Below, piece by piece: positions 41,821 to 56,120 of a stretch of 64,000 nt of DNA (the first letter of the stretch is position 1; each line of letters starts with the position of its first letter). A program made the position numbers and the translations under genes. Source of the stretch: the human T2T-CHM13v2.0 reference genome, Homo sapiens; the NCBI RefSeq assembly GCF_009914755.1, contig NC_060930.1; one strand, 5' to 3'. The notes below the pieces were generated by a model that made no database searches, had not been told where the DNA came from, and saw only the letters and a program-made list of their open reading frames with translations.

Positions 41821-44204
41821 AAGATGCTTATCATTAGGGGCCCTTTCCTCCTCTGTTAGATTTTTTTTTAGATAGTTGTGCTATTACTTGACTTGCCTAT
41901 AGAATGTGAGTTTAATTCTATTATACCATAAGAATTGAGTGTGGAAGAATAGTATGTTAACTTCTCAGGCACATGTGAGTTACCAACATAAAATGTGTGT
42001 AAAATATAAAACTCATACGAAATGTACTTCTAATGAGTCAGACTTCTCAATTTTATTGTTATGTATGGAATGACTGCCAGTGGGTAAACCTGACAATCTA
42101 GTCCTTGTACAATATGCAAATGGCTAGTGTGTTATCTGGGAGGGTTTTAGTTTTTCATGACTTATCACAGGGTGACATTCCTTTAGCAAATGTCTTTAAG
42201 ACCAAGATCTGGTTCTCTGTTTTACAAGGCTCAGAAACCAATGTTACCAGGAGAATACTGAGAGCTAGATGACCCATCTCAGATGAAGACTCATGGACCA
42301 CACTGGTTGGCACCGCAGTGCTCTACCTGCAGGCTGACCTCTGTAGGGAGAGGCCAGTCTGTGAGGGGGGCATCAGAACATGGGGTGGTTAAATAATTGG
42401 AAGGTTTGTGGCATCCGACTAGGCTAGCCGGAAACCTGCATCTCCACAGTAGGAATCCCATTCTGGTTGTGCAGTCATCTCTGATATTCATTGGCCTGGA
42501 TTCCCTACCCTGTTGTCATCTTTGTCTTGCAGCACCTCTGAGATTTTTCCCTGGCTGATCAGCCCCTCGTTTGACTGATACAGTTTTTCCTGAGCCATCT
42601 GAGTATATCTGGTCTGACGATAGGTACTGCCTATTTAGGAGTTGGCCTTGCTCTTTAAGGTAACTTTGCATGTATCTGCTGAACAGGAATACTTGTTTTT
42701 CATGAGACTCTAAAGCTCCTTTCTCCAGAACGCATGTTTAGCTATGTGTGTTCGTAATATTAAAGAGCAAAATAAAACACTCAGAGGCTATGCTCAGTTT
42801 TTATGATGATACGGAAACATTCTTCTTAGTGTTTCTTCGATGGTTTGAGTGTATTGTTGTTCCCAGTGAACAGTGAAGACTTGATTTGTTTAATTTTTAC
42901 TCTTCTAATGCTTCTTATTCATGAGCACTTATAACCCAATCCAAAGTCTGTCAAGTGGAGAACGCACAACCCTGGCTTTCTGGATTCGCCGAGAACACTT
43001 CCAAATGCACCTTTAGCTGCTGCACCTGACGAGTGTCATGCCCCACTGTCCCCACATCCTCTCCTGACCAGCTGAGTGGATTACACTTTAGAGCTTCGGC
43101 CCTGGTGGATCCAGCTTCTAACCCCAGGCTCCGGCCTCTGCCTGATACTGCGTGCACCCCAGCCACAACCTTGGCCTGCCCCCTGCCCTTCAGCCCCGGC
43201 TCTCACTTTCTCTCCCTCTTTTTTTGATTACTACTCCCTTTCCTTCCTCTTCAGGACAAATAAGCAGTAGAGGAAGTTACTGTCTTTTGTTGTTTTATTA
43301 GGAACTGACTATAATTCTAAAAGACACTCCATTTTCAAGTCCAAATGGCTCAACCCATTCTCTACTGGAGTAGTTTGTTTAACAAAAATTATTATTTGCA
43401 AATAGTTATTTTTATAGATATGAAAGTAAGGAAGTAGTGTTTAAGTTAAAAGAGTATTAAAGCAGCATTTTATCATATTTGGGGAAATTCACCTCTCCAC
43501 GTCCCTATCTAACCCATACATAACTGTGCTAGTCAAAGTCATGAAGAATATAAGTTAAAAGAAGTTCAAAGTAATGAAAACTTGAAGGAAAATCTGAGAG
43601 ACAAATGAAAAATGCTTTCAAATGTGATACTACTGAAGATAGTAAGGTAAAATTGCCTCTCTTTTTTTAAGCTGAAACTACTTTGGCTCTGGGTATTAAC
43701 TGGTTCTGTACCATAATCGGGATATATCATTCCATATGTGTATGCCTGTGAATTCGTTAATATAAATGATGATGATATTGTGGTTTATACTTTTATTTTA
43801 AATTAAAAAACCGTCTCTAATTGATGAAAGGTGCCTTTATGGTACAGTTACTTTCAAATACATCAAGCACTGCTTGGGTTGACCCTTGACTTCATGGGCA
43901 TGTTGGTCTTTGACCCAGAACTGGTAAATGAACCCTGCAGGGAAATCATTAGAGAATTGGAACAATTGTGGTAGTGGGATCAGGGGTCAAACCATTACCT
44001 ACCCATAGAAACTTCCGTTTCAGTTGGACTTCTTGCTTTTCTGAGAGCAGGTCATATTTTCAGGGAGAATACCAAAGAAGAATTTAGCGTACATTAGTGC
44101 TGACCTATCAGGAGAAATAAGACCGTAAGGATTTGGATGATGGCTGGTTTATATTCTCTAATGCCATGACAAATGACTATGCTGTCATTGTGTAGAAGTC
44201 CATT

Positions 44205-44400
44205 TTTTAATGTAAGTATTGTGGAGGTGTAACATAAATACAGGGACATGCACAAATTTAAATGTACAACTTGATACATTTTCTCAAAATGAACACACTT
44301 GTGTAATCAGTACTTGGTTCAGAAACACCACCAGGACCCCAAAAGCCCTCTTATGCCTCTTTTGAATCATTATCCATCCATCCCCAACCCCTACCACACT
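44205..44400 (-). mobile_element. L1ME/L1MB 3' end fragment
   Basis: tgcacaaatttaaatgtacaacttgatacattttctcaaaatgaacacacttgtgtaatc. Confidence 0.65.
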
Positions 44401-45289
44401 GTCTGAATAAAAGTCAGTTAAATTTCCAGTCCCCGATGGTCACTAATGGTAAGCCATTTGTTTAGTCTCCCCACAGAAAACAATCTTATTTCTTCACATG
44501 AAAATGTGAGAGGGTTTGTGTGAAGAAAACACAAAACTTATTCAAGGAGTTTCTGTCAATATCAGTTTTTACTGTTTCATATAGTAACTAAAAGAAATTT
44601 TAGACAAGATGGATGTCATGGAAGAGAATATTCTTTGCTTTCAAAATCAGTTACTCAAGAGTTACCCTTTAAAAATTACAGAAAGGAAGAAAAGGTGTAG
44701 TTCAATTCTTTTCCATTTTGGTTTTACTATTCTTCCTTCTGTAATAACTGTTTTCTGAGGACTGTATATAATCTCAGAATTTTAAATGGTCTCCTGACAA
44801 TTAAATATAAAATATAATGCACAATTAGTTTTAAAGTATCTTCCATTAAATATATAAATATCTCAATGAAGAAAGTTTTAATTTTAATGACATTTTTGGG
44901 CCAAAACACTGTCTTGCTTGTATGATGATATTATAGCCTTTAACGGATAGCTTATGTCTGAGTTCATGGTGGTCTTTTGTTCCAAAGAATAGAATCATTT
45001 AGTCCCTTCGTTAGGATACTGGGAGTGGTGTTTTGCCATTTTCTGTTCCAGTGGAAGATCTGGGAGGTAATTATTGCAGTGGGAGAGATTTCATTTTCCA
45101 TCAAAGCAAAAATAATACTTGTTTTGCTAGGAGAGGAAGGAGATGCACTTGAATTATTAAATGATTTTAATTTCAGAAAAACCGTGAACCTCCTGGAAAA
45201 CACTGATAGAGTACAGTTTTTTAAAATTTCTTTCTCTGGCTTGTTTTTTTTTCCTTTGGTGTGGGAGTAGAAAGGAGAAAAACATGTAT

Positions 45290-45665
45290 TAGAGGAGTGG
45301 ACTTTAGAACACTGAAAATGGGCTTTGAAGACAGAGAGCTGGATTGAAATCATGGCCCAACCACCTCACCCTCTGAATCTGTTTCCTGTGTATGAAATGC
45401 AGTTGTCTCTACTTACTGAGTGGGCTGTCAGGATAAAAAAAACAAGAAGTGCTATCATTTATTCTCACTGTTTGCCAAGCAGATTCCAAGACTTTCTTCT
45501 GTCTCATTATAAACAAAGATTTTAGCAGTATTTGTACTAGTTTGTCAATGAAGAAATTGAGGTCTCAGAGCTAAGTCAAGTGTTTAAGGCTGAATGGCTA
45601 GTAACCAGTAGAAGTAAGGAGTGAACCAAGTTCGAGTCACAAAGCCCATGCTCCTAACCACGAAG
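45290..45665. mobile_element. Two MIR elements, + then -
   Basis: gggctttgaagacagagagctggattgaaatc...ctctgaatctgtttcct (+); atgaagaaattgaggtctcagag...gctcctaaccac (-). Confidence 0.6.
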
Positions 45666-48600
45666 CTTTGCTCGTTTTTCTGGGAAGTACAGGCCATCTA
45701 CTGGTGCCAGGCAGGGTCACTGTGACAGTGCATCCAGGGTTAATTTCCTGAGAACAAATGGGGTTTGAAACTGGCCTGGTGCTAAGACAGAGTCTCCCTG
45801 CTCCCCTCATTCCTGAGAATGGGGTACAGTTTCCTTCCACAGAGGAACCGTGGTTTTACGGGGCTGCATCTTGCCCATAGGGCCACTTTTTTTTTGCTTC
45901 TCGCGAAGGTTCCTCCTGCTCAAATGTGCATGTATAGAGAGTTTCCTATATCATTTAGCTTAGCAGTGATAGGTTAAGATTTTCAATAATATTTATTATT
46001 TGCTGGATCTGCCCGACACTTTGTCTGCTTTCCTTGCATTTTTCCGCATGTGTGGTCATTGACCTATTTGTTTATTCACACAGAAAGTATTATAATATGC
46101 ACTCGTTCTGCGTACTGTGCAGTGCCTGTGTTTTTCTGTCTTCTGCTCTCTTTCCCCATTTTCGTCTTGTCCCTTTTTTCCGCCTTTTCTTCCTGTATCC
46201 TGCCATATGTAATTGCAGAGTGTACATGGTCAGCTTCTCCATAGGTGGAGTTAATTCCACAGTCAACAATTCTCAGGAATTTAAATTCAGCTTGTGCCAT
46301 ACCCCATATGTTTAAGACCTAAAACAATCGTAGGTACTTCAGAACTCCTAACTTTATAAAATAAACTATTTATCACTTCATATGGCACCAGGGATCCATT
46401 GTAAGTTGAGAACTGTGCTAGATCACAGATGGTTTACTTCATGGACTGTGATTTCACAAAACATTCTGTCTTCACAATTTGGTTCTCTTATCTTTCACTC
46501 GTGTGAATTCCATGGGAAATCAGCAGACAGAACAAAAATCCGTTGCCTTATCAATTCGAGCAAAATTATTAGCACTCATGATAAAATACATTTTACTTAT
46601 TGCTCTTTAAATTCCCTCTGAACTTAATTATGAATTTTTGTGTTGTATTAGAGGTGGGCCTCCTGCACAGGTCAGGTAGGCACATTATGAAGACATTCTC
46701 TTCTGCCTGTGTTGGTGAGAGGTAGCTGTCTTCAGCTGAATCTGATGATGGTCTCTTGTTTTATGGACCTGTGCACAATACAGGCTGTTGGGGATCACCC
46801 ACAAGAAGATACACTAAATATTATTATGTTTGCAAGTCCAAGCAATTGGAGAACTGGAGAAAACATTCTGTGAGACCCACCGAAGGGTAGAAATTAGAAA
46901 ACAAGAGATCTATTTTAAGTCACCAAAGGATCTATCAAAGTATATCCTGCTCTTATGCATACTGTGACATTTCTGCTGCATAGTTTTGCATTTTACTCTT
47001 CCTTTTATCACTTACAAAGTTATATTTTTACTAAATGAAAAGATTTTGAGATCATCATATGCTTACATAGTGTGAAATACCTGTTAGAGAATGCATTTAA
47101 CTAGAGACATACACCCTCTCACACACGTGCGTACACAGATGCATACAAACACATCCTCTGCTCTCTTGGATGCAGCTATCAATATCTGCGCTGATGTTGT
47201 TAATGAATATATCTAGAAGCTGCATCCTAATGTAGTCTGTGTTTGTAGAACCTGTGCATAGTTTTGATATGAATCACTTAGCTTCTCCGGACCTCTGTTT
47301 CACATTTCGAAAACACAGAATAGGAGTAAATGTCTACTGTGGTCTTGTTTCAGTTCTGAAAATTCTGTGCAGTTCCTAACAACCAGGCAGTCATAAGGGT
47401 TTCTCTTCTGAGTGAAATGTAGCGTCCCCCTACATTTTAATGTTTAACTTGTATCACGTTTTTATCTGAACTACTGTGGTTATTTTTTTTTCTTTTTCTA
47501 TACTCAAATGTGAGGCCCCTTAACATCTGCTAAACTGCTCTAAGAATTGATGATGTCTAGTTTGGCTAAGAAGAGCATAGGTTAGCTGTCACAAGTCTAA
47601 ATATAGCTCCATTTATTTTTTATATATTATTCATGTCCTGCATGTGTCAGGTATGGGAACCTTGCATTTACTATTTATTGCTGTTGTCAGAATATTCAGT
47701 AGCAAGTTCCTGAGGACTGTTTATGGCCTCTCATTGTCAACTGTGGGCTACCTGGTTATAAAGCCATTAATCTAATAAAATTTAATATGATGTTTGCAAC
47801 GTATTGCAAATTTAACACTACTAATTTCTTGTAGGTAGGCTACAGTTAATGCAGTTACTTAGCTGCTTCAGAAATGTTCTCTGGCAAAACCCACTTTTCC
47901 TCACCAATGTAAAGTGAGGCCTCTCTCAGTTTTTTGCCACTCTTGAACATTTAAATTCCCTTTGCTTCAGCATTTATTCATGTTCCTTGTACCAGTAATG
48001 TTATGTTATTCAAGGGCAATCCTGTTTGAATACTCAGATCATAGACCAATTGCCAGTGCCTAAAGCAAACCTGGAGCCTTTTTCCTGTGAAGAATCAGTA
48101 TCAGCTTGACACTAATGATCATGAGTGGTAGGTAATGAGAGGTTGCAAGCTAGTGGAAAGGAATCCCGCAAACATACCTTTCTTTGTAACATAACAGTAC
48201 TTAACAGTTCAGCTTCTAGGACTGACTAGGTAACTACATGAAGCGGCATTCCAGCGTCCTAGCCTATACGAATAACGTTTCTCCTTGGAAATTGTAGTTG
48301 TTCTCTTAAAAGGCATGATGTAATTCATTTTTCCTGATAGAGGATAGCCAGTAGGTCAGTTGATATCATATCTGTTTTTGCATACATATTATGCTTAAAG
48401 ATATGTTGTTGCCTATACCTAAGAAAAAAGACTAGAAGGAAATATGGCAAAATGTTACAATTTAGTAAGCTCTGAATAGTGACACTACTGATCATTTTTT
48501 TTCTATTTTGTTTTCCAATGTGTTTCTCTTATTTTTTAAAGAATAATAAGCTGTGTTACCTTAAATTGTTCATTTTGTTTTTTTCTTTTTTTTTTAAAGA

Positions 48601-51139
48601 AAGATAAAATATATTTCTCTTATTGCTAATAAATATATTTTTTGGTTAGTAGTACATGAAATCAGGTCTTCAGATCTTTTCTCCTTTGAATAAAAATCTA
48701 TATTGGAATTATTGTAAGTTTTGATATTCTAAATTGCTAAATATCAACATCTCTTCCTATTGCTAGTATACTGACACCTCCTTTTTTGTTACTAGTTAAA
48801 AATCTTCAATAAAAGTTAACACTAAATGTCACTTCATAATTACAGTAATGATCACACAGCTGTGCTTTGCTCAGTTTATAACATATGTCAGCATCAGTTT
48901 AGGAGCTCAGCATCGTTTCCTGCCCAGATATAATTCTTCAGACAATTCTTGTGGTCAGTGCTAAGGGTAGTCAATCAGGCCAGGAGTTCAGGTATGAAGT
49001 TCTGGAGCATGCGGCAGTATCCCTTGCCCTTTGCAGGTCTCCTGGCCTTTATGTGTTTATTTACTTACTTATTTTCTTAGTTTTCAAGTATTTTACATTG
49101 CTAGATTAGGAACAGTTTTATTTACGAGCATGTGAATTTTTGAGGAGGAACTCTTACACTTAAATGAACCTGTAAGAAGCCCATAGAAAAGCAAATGCCT
49201 GCAGCGCTAATAATGAGAACTGACAAGGCAATCCTGCTGGGTTTATTTATGACCTTCTGCCTTTGTTAGCTCTTGTGAGAAATTCCTTTCTAACCATAAC
49301 AATATTGTTGGAGTTTGGCACTGTACAGAGAAATCCTGCCGAGCCCTGGGGCCCACAAACTGGCACTCGTGCAGCTCGGAGCAGATTGCTGTGCTCCTCT
49401 TAGCTTTACATTTTTTTCCTTCACTCTTCTTTTATTTAATTTCTAAGTAACATTTACCAGTCTTCGTATGTTTATTTTTAAAGATGCTGCTTTTATTCTC
49501 AAAGCCAAAATTCATTTTATCCTTAGTACAATGTCTTATCTACTTAGCAGTGTTGAGAAAAATTCAGAAGAGGACAGGATGCAGAAGGCAAGAAGAGGCA
49601 GGTGCACTCCACACAAGGGCACACCTTGGAAGGTCCCATCACACTCTGCAGACTGATGGACTGCCGTGGTGCTCCTAAACAATCTCACGTGGTGACACAT
49701 CCTAAGAGCAAAAAGTGAGCTCAGTAGGACAAATGGACTGCAGGTTATAGTTTTAGGATACTCTTTCCTCTCCATTTCATTACTTTAAGACTTCTACAAT
49801 TTCCAAATGAAACAGGAACTTTAAAAGCATCAGTTCACAAATAATTGTCTTAAAAATTATAATGATCTTTGAAAGGAAAAAAAATACAACAACAAAACAA
49901 ACAAACATTAAGCATGTAACTCTTAGAAGGAGACCATTGACAAGATTGTTGAGGAGTTATTCCGGGCACAGGCGCTACCTGTACCTGAAGCAGTGGTATT
50001 CATTGTTTCCTGATAATTGGTCCTATTCCACAAAGTTGCCAGCAGTGAAAGAATAACAATTTATTTTAAAGTCTGTGTAAATTATTGATAGGCATGTGAC
50101 TTCTGTTTCTTCTGAGAATCTTCAGGTTCAAGATGCCAGCTTCTGTGACCCATTTAACTAGAAGTTCCTATGTCTGAATTTATTTGTTCGTCTTTTGGGG
50201 AAGGTTGGGTTGTTAGACTGGGGCTGTTATTATCAAAAGGCCATGCTATGAAAATCTGACTTTAGACTTTTGCTTTTTCCCACTTACCCAAAATCGGATT
50301 TTTCAGAAGTTTTCCTCAGCTATCTTATTCAGGTATTTACAGACTTGCTAAATGGGGACCATAAAGAAAATCTTAGTAAAAATATTAGGTTGATCAAATG
50401 TGCAAAGTATGCATATGAGCAGAATTTTTTCTTTGTCCAACTTGATCTTATCATTTCCTTATTGTATATGTCTTCATTAAGTTTTAACATCTATTCTGAA
50501 AATACTAATGTGATTTCATGCTACTGCTATTCATCTGTTTCCCATCTTTTAAATAGGATTTGTTGTTCACCTTCGAGTGGGCATAAGTTAATCTTCTCTT
50601 CATTCAGTTGTGCTGTAGCTATGTGTTAAAATCTCCAGGGTCCCCTTTTGTTTTATTTCCTTTACAAAAAAAGCTTCAGCATTTATACAGTTGGTAAATT
50701 CTCAAGTACAAAGAAGGAAGTGAAAATCCTCCCAAATCTGATCACCTCAAATAACTACTGTTAATATTTTATTCAGCACCAGTCTATACCTGTTAGGCAT
50801 TTAAAAAGGCACGTATATACAAGTGTATTTTGTATGTATAAATAAGCCTGCATGCTCATATAATCTTTATAATGTTTATTTTCTGTTGTTACTTGATTTT
50901 CGTTCAATCTTTTCAATAAAATTGTACTGTTTATATTAATATGACATACATTTTTAATAATTTCTATATACTTTTAAATTGCTCGCTACTAAACAGATTT
51001 AGATGATTTCTAACTTATTGCTGTTACAATGTCCAGTTTTCTTATTTCCTGTTTTAAATTATCTTAATACTATGTGATATTATAAAACAAAAATCAAAAT
51101 AATCACTAACATATATTAAGTGGATTCTTTATTAACTCA

Positions 51140-51290
51140 TTCAGTTCTCTCAGCCTCTTTGAGACAGAGATCCATTTTATAGGTGAAGAAACTGAGGCTT
51201 AGAGATGTTAAATCACTTGCCCAATGTCACACCACTGGGAAGTACTACAGCAAAGACTTGAACCAAGGCTTTACAACCTGGGCTGGTTCC
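51140..51290 (-). mobile_element. MIR SINE
   Basis: ccattttataggtgaagaaactgaggcttagagatgttaaatcacttgcccaatgtcacac is a strong MIR core. Confidence 0.8.
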
Positions 51291-51471
51291 CTTCTCTAGT
51301 CAGTGCTGTCTTTGGTGTGTAGTGTTTATATACTTTAAAGAAGTGCCAAAGGCCATTTGCTTAGTATAATATTGATTGTTAATATAACTCTTTGCCTAAT
51401 ACATAATTATCTGATAAATATTTGATAAAGAATGGGATACATTTATGCCACTAGTATTTATTCACCCCATC

Positions 51472-51772
51472 TTTTTTTTTTTTTTTTTGGAGACACAGCC
51501 TCACTCTGTCGCTCTGGCTGGAGTGCAGTGGTACAATCTCGGCTCACTGCAACCTCCGCCTCCTGGGTTCAGGGAATTCTCCTGCCCCAGCCTCCTGAAT
51601 AGCTGGAATTACAGATGTACACCACAACACCTGCCTAAATTTTTGTAGTTTTAGTAGAGACAGGGTTTCACCGTGTTGGCCAGGCTGGCCTCAAACTCCT
51701 GACCTCAGGTGATCTGCCTGCCTCAGCCTCCCAAAGTGCTAGGATTACAGATGTGAGCCACCGCGCCTGGCC
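51472..51772 (-). mobile_element. AluS-type SINE
   Basis: Antisense dimer; TSD tat(t/g)caccccatctttt. Confidence 0.95.
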
Positions 51773-52581
51773 CTATGCACCCCATCTTTTAAGTGAGATA
51801 TTTTTCTACAAGTCATTTACACATTCTTTACTCAAAATGTATTTTACCTTATAAGCAGTGTTTAAAAACAGTATGTGTCAGAACTGTGTTAATATGTGGA
51901 TGTATGTATTTATACATAGCGACTGCTTATTGAGCACTTATTGTATGCTTAATGTTTCAGATTCACGATTGCATTTAATTCTCACTGTGGCATAAATGTT
52001 ATTTTCTCTATTTGGGGGGTGGTGAAATTAAGTATTCTCAGTGAACTTAGGTAACTTGCTTAAGGTTAGGTGAAGAAATGATTGCACCAGGACCTGAGTT
52101 TACACTGCTCTTACCCCACAATTCCTGCTGGAGGAGTTAGCTGCCATGTTATTATTCAACACCTTTATCACAGTAAGTATTTAACGAGCACAGATCTTGG
52201 TGCCAGACAGATCATGCTTAGTGCTGCTTTATCTACAGCAACTCAGTTAACTCTCTCAACACTGTGAGTTCATTATTTATTATCCACATGCTACACACAC
52301 AAGTGGAGTGGAGGCCGGTAGGGTTTGACTGTGGCTCAGGCCTTTGCCCAAGTCCTCCGAGTGAGTGAAACTGACCAGCAGCTGTCTGGTTCCAGAGCCC
52401 GAATTCTATTGTAATCATCCCCATCCCCCAAAACAAAAAGAAGACTGTTATGATACCATACAAATATCAAAAAGAAAACTTGAACATTGATTGCATGCCT
52501 TTGAGAAGCAGGTTTCATTAGAGGATTAGAATAAGATGTAGCAAGAAGGCTTCACAGCACCTTCCAGAGATTTTCAGATTG

Positions 52582-52918
<337 letters not shown>

Positions 52919-53854
52919 TAAGTCCAGCTTTACTTGTTTGGATATATAATTTACTTGGATAAAGAGGAATTAGGCAATATGATGGGCTAGTGAGTCAAGT
53001 TCTTTTGGTCTCTCCCTTGTTCAAAGGTATTACAGTGCAAAGGAAATGTGAATTTTATTCTTGTGCCTTTGGGAGTCCCATGTCTTATTTTATGCTGTCT
53101 TTGAGACTCTTTATAGTGGAGTGAAGTGATCATCAGAGGAAACTTTTTATCCTACTCTAGGGTCTGGGAACGTGCTCCAGGGAACAGGGTAATTATTTAT
53201 AAAGGTGAGGTATAGTAACATCATGGCGTGGTGTAAGAATGGCTCTTGTGGAGAGGTAGTATGGTTGAGTGTAAAACACACTGGGTGTCCAGTGCTCATT
53301 CAAGTCCTTATTGATACTATTTTCTTTATCATCATGGTTATTATTATTGGCATTGGAAGTTTCTTTCTGAGACCCTGAATAGGTTGATGACCACCTCCTT
53401 TTGAGTAGTTTTTGAAGTAACATATTATAAAGTGGTTATATGCTCTTGGAAAAAATTATTATGTAAAATTGCACTTGAGTGCTAGCACTTGAGGTATTAA
53501 GTGACCAGCTGCCCCTGTACAAAAATGAAAACTCATTTTGGAAACCTCTTATCTAAGTGAGTCTATGAATCATAACAGAAAATAAGAAAAATGCATGGTT
53601 TTAAGTTTGACTTTTGCGGGAGTACTGCATTTGTTGAATTTGATTTTAAAATATAAAAATAGTCTCCATAAAACATTTCCATCTGTAATCTAGTTAAGCT
53701 AATCATGTAAAAAGTTTCTGAATTCTCTACTTTTCTAAAGCATTCAGAAGTCTTAAAAATGATTTTAATGAAAATATGAAAATTTTCTACTAGGATACTT
53801 GCATAATTTCATATATATCACCCAAAATGTTTATTCTTGTCTGGTTTTTACATA

Positions 53855-54505
53855 CATCCACAAAATTTTTGATATTCTTTTACTAGGAGGTGGAGCTTAA
53901 TTCCCCTCCCATGAGTGTGGGCTGGACTTAGTGACTCCCTTCATGAGTAGAGTATGGACAGGGAATAAAGTAACTTAACAATGGAGAAACCTGGTTGACA
54001 CCACCTTAACCAAGTGATCAAGGCTAACATCACCAGTGGTGAGTCATGTTGACATCGTCATGTTGACCTCGTCCTCCCCGCTATGGTACGATATGAAGGA
54101 CACTTCACTTCTGTGGTATTTTCCCCCAAAATCTGTAAGCCCAGTCTCATCATGAGAAAACACCAAGACATGCAAATGAAGGACATTTTACAAAATACCT
54201 GACAAGTACTCTTCAACTGTGTCAAGGAAAGACTGGGAAACTGTCACAGAATGGAGGAGGCTAAGGAGACACGGCGAGTCATTGTAACATGGATGGTGGG
54301 TTGGGTCCTGGAACAGAAAAGGGACATAAGTGGCAAAGCTGGAAAAATATGAATGAAGTCTCTGGTTAACAGTGTCGTAGTACTGTTCATTTTGCAGTTT
54401 TGATAAATGTGCCATGTTATGTGAAATGTTGCTGTTAGGGAAACCGGATGAAGGATGTAAAGGAACTCTCAGTCTGAAGTCATTTCAAAATTGAAAGTTA
54501 AAAAG
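53855..54505 (+). mobile_element. L1MC/L1MD 3' UTR fragment
   Basis: gaggtggagcttaattcccctccc...gtgtgggctggacttagtgact...caccaccttaaccaagtgatcaagg...ctggaacagaaaagggacat. Confidence 0.8.
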
Positions 54506-54664
54506 TTCAGTGAAGGATGAAGAACAAATACATTTTTTCTTATGGTTCATGTGAATGGGTAGAATATCAAAATAACCAAGTTTAGTAATGTTCTACAAGT
54601 AAAACTTGCCTATTTTTCATAGTAGACTCCACACAATTTGTGAGTTGTGTGTTTTTCTGTTAGG

Positions 54665-54807
54665 TTTTTTTGTTTGTTTGTTTTGTTTTTTTTTCCTCCA
54701 GGAGATGAGGTCTCACTGTGTTGCCCAGGCTGGAATGCAGAGGCTATTCACAGGTACAATAGTGTCCTACAGCCTTGAACTCCTGGGATCAAGCAATATT
54801 CCTGCCT
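54665..54807 (-). mobile_element. FAM (fossil Alu monomer), truncated
   Basis: ggctattcacagg...ctacagccttgaactcctggg segment retained from 7SL. Confidence 0.75.
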
Positions 54808-55734
54808 AATTTTTTTAAAGTTGCTAATTTATTTACAGTTCCTATAAATCTTAATGTTTATAAGCATTTTACTGCTATACTACTGAAGAAATGAATGTCT
54901 CCAGAAGGCTCATGCCTTTTTATTGTGTTATTTTTAGAGATTCTGTGTGCTAAGCATTGTACTTCTAAGATAAACAGTAAAGTTGTTGTGGGTTTTTTTT
55001 TACCATGAGAGATGGAAGTGGTGGTATTGATGGCTTTTCTGTCCTGAAGATTTATTGTAAACTTTCAGTTATAAAAACAGGAATCTGTAGGCAAAGTCTG
55101 AATCTTATATATTTACAGGTCTTGTTAGTTTGTCAATTTACTTTCAAAAGCACATGGGTCATTAATATTTATAGGTTCCTACCTGGCAATGATGTTTGGG
55201 AAGCACCAACCCATAAACCCATCTCTCTCTCTTCCTCAGTGGTATTAGGTGATTTTTTCCTTTCTAACTAAATACCTTGAGAGTCATCACCAGCAGTTTT
55301 GGAGTAGAATATAGAATTAAGAGACTATAATCTTTAAGACTGTATGTTAGTCATAGTTTTTAGATACTGTCAGGCTGTTTTAAGGTTAAGGCATATATCT
55401 TTCAACTCATGTTTTTCATTGATTCTCACATGGACCTGAAATGAGTCAGATGACTATGTCGATCCTTAAAATTATTGCAATCTAGAAAACATGTTGCTAT
55501 TTAACCCAGACTAGAGTTACTCAGGCAATTTTGTTGTCATTGTGTTATTTGTTTAATTCTATATAATGCTAAAAATATACAGATTTTTTAAAAAGCACTT
55601 TACAGATTTATTCTTAAATAGTACCTGCAATTTTAATTGTGTTTAAAGTGTTCTTAGTCTCTTCGTTGGCACCTATTGCAAATTTTTCCTCTTCTAATAA
55701 TATTAAGACTCACTTTCTGGACCTCTGTGGCTCC

Positions 55735-56120
55735 CTGGTTCCTAAAAATGTAGGCCCCTGTTCCTTGGCATAAGCACGTGAGGCCATGCGCAGCCTGCCT
55801 CTGCCAGGCTCCGGAGCCTCACCCTCTCTCCTGGGCATCCCAAGTGCCGCCTGTGCCGAAATGAGCATGCCCTCCCCTCACTCTTCCTGCCCTTTGTGCC
55901 TTTGTGGATTGTCCCCTCTGCTTCCTGTCTCTTTCCCTGCCAAGTGCCCCTTCCCACCAGCTGTCCTAGAGTATCCTTTACTCCTGGTTTGGACCCCAGT
56001 CCCTGGACATTTACCCGTCAGTCTGTCCTCTTAGCACTTACTAATTCACCCTCCATCATAGAATTTTCTGCACTTCATTGTTGTTTGTGTGGTTTGTCTC
56101 TCTTCATTGAGACTCAATGA
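55735..56120 (+). mobile_element. L2 fragment
   Basis: ctccctggttcctaaaaatgtagg...ccttggcataagcacgtgaggcc pattern; pyrimidine-rich L2 body. Confidence 0.5.
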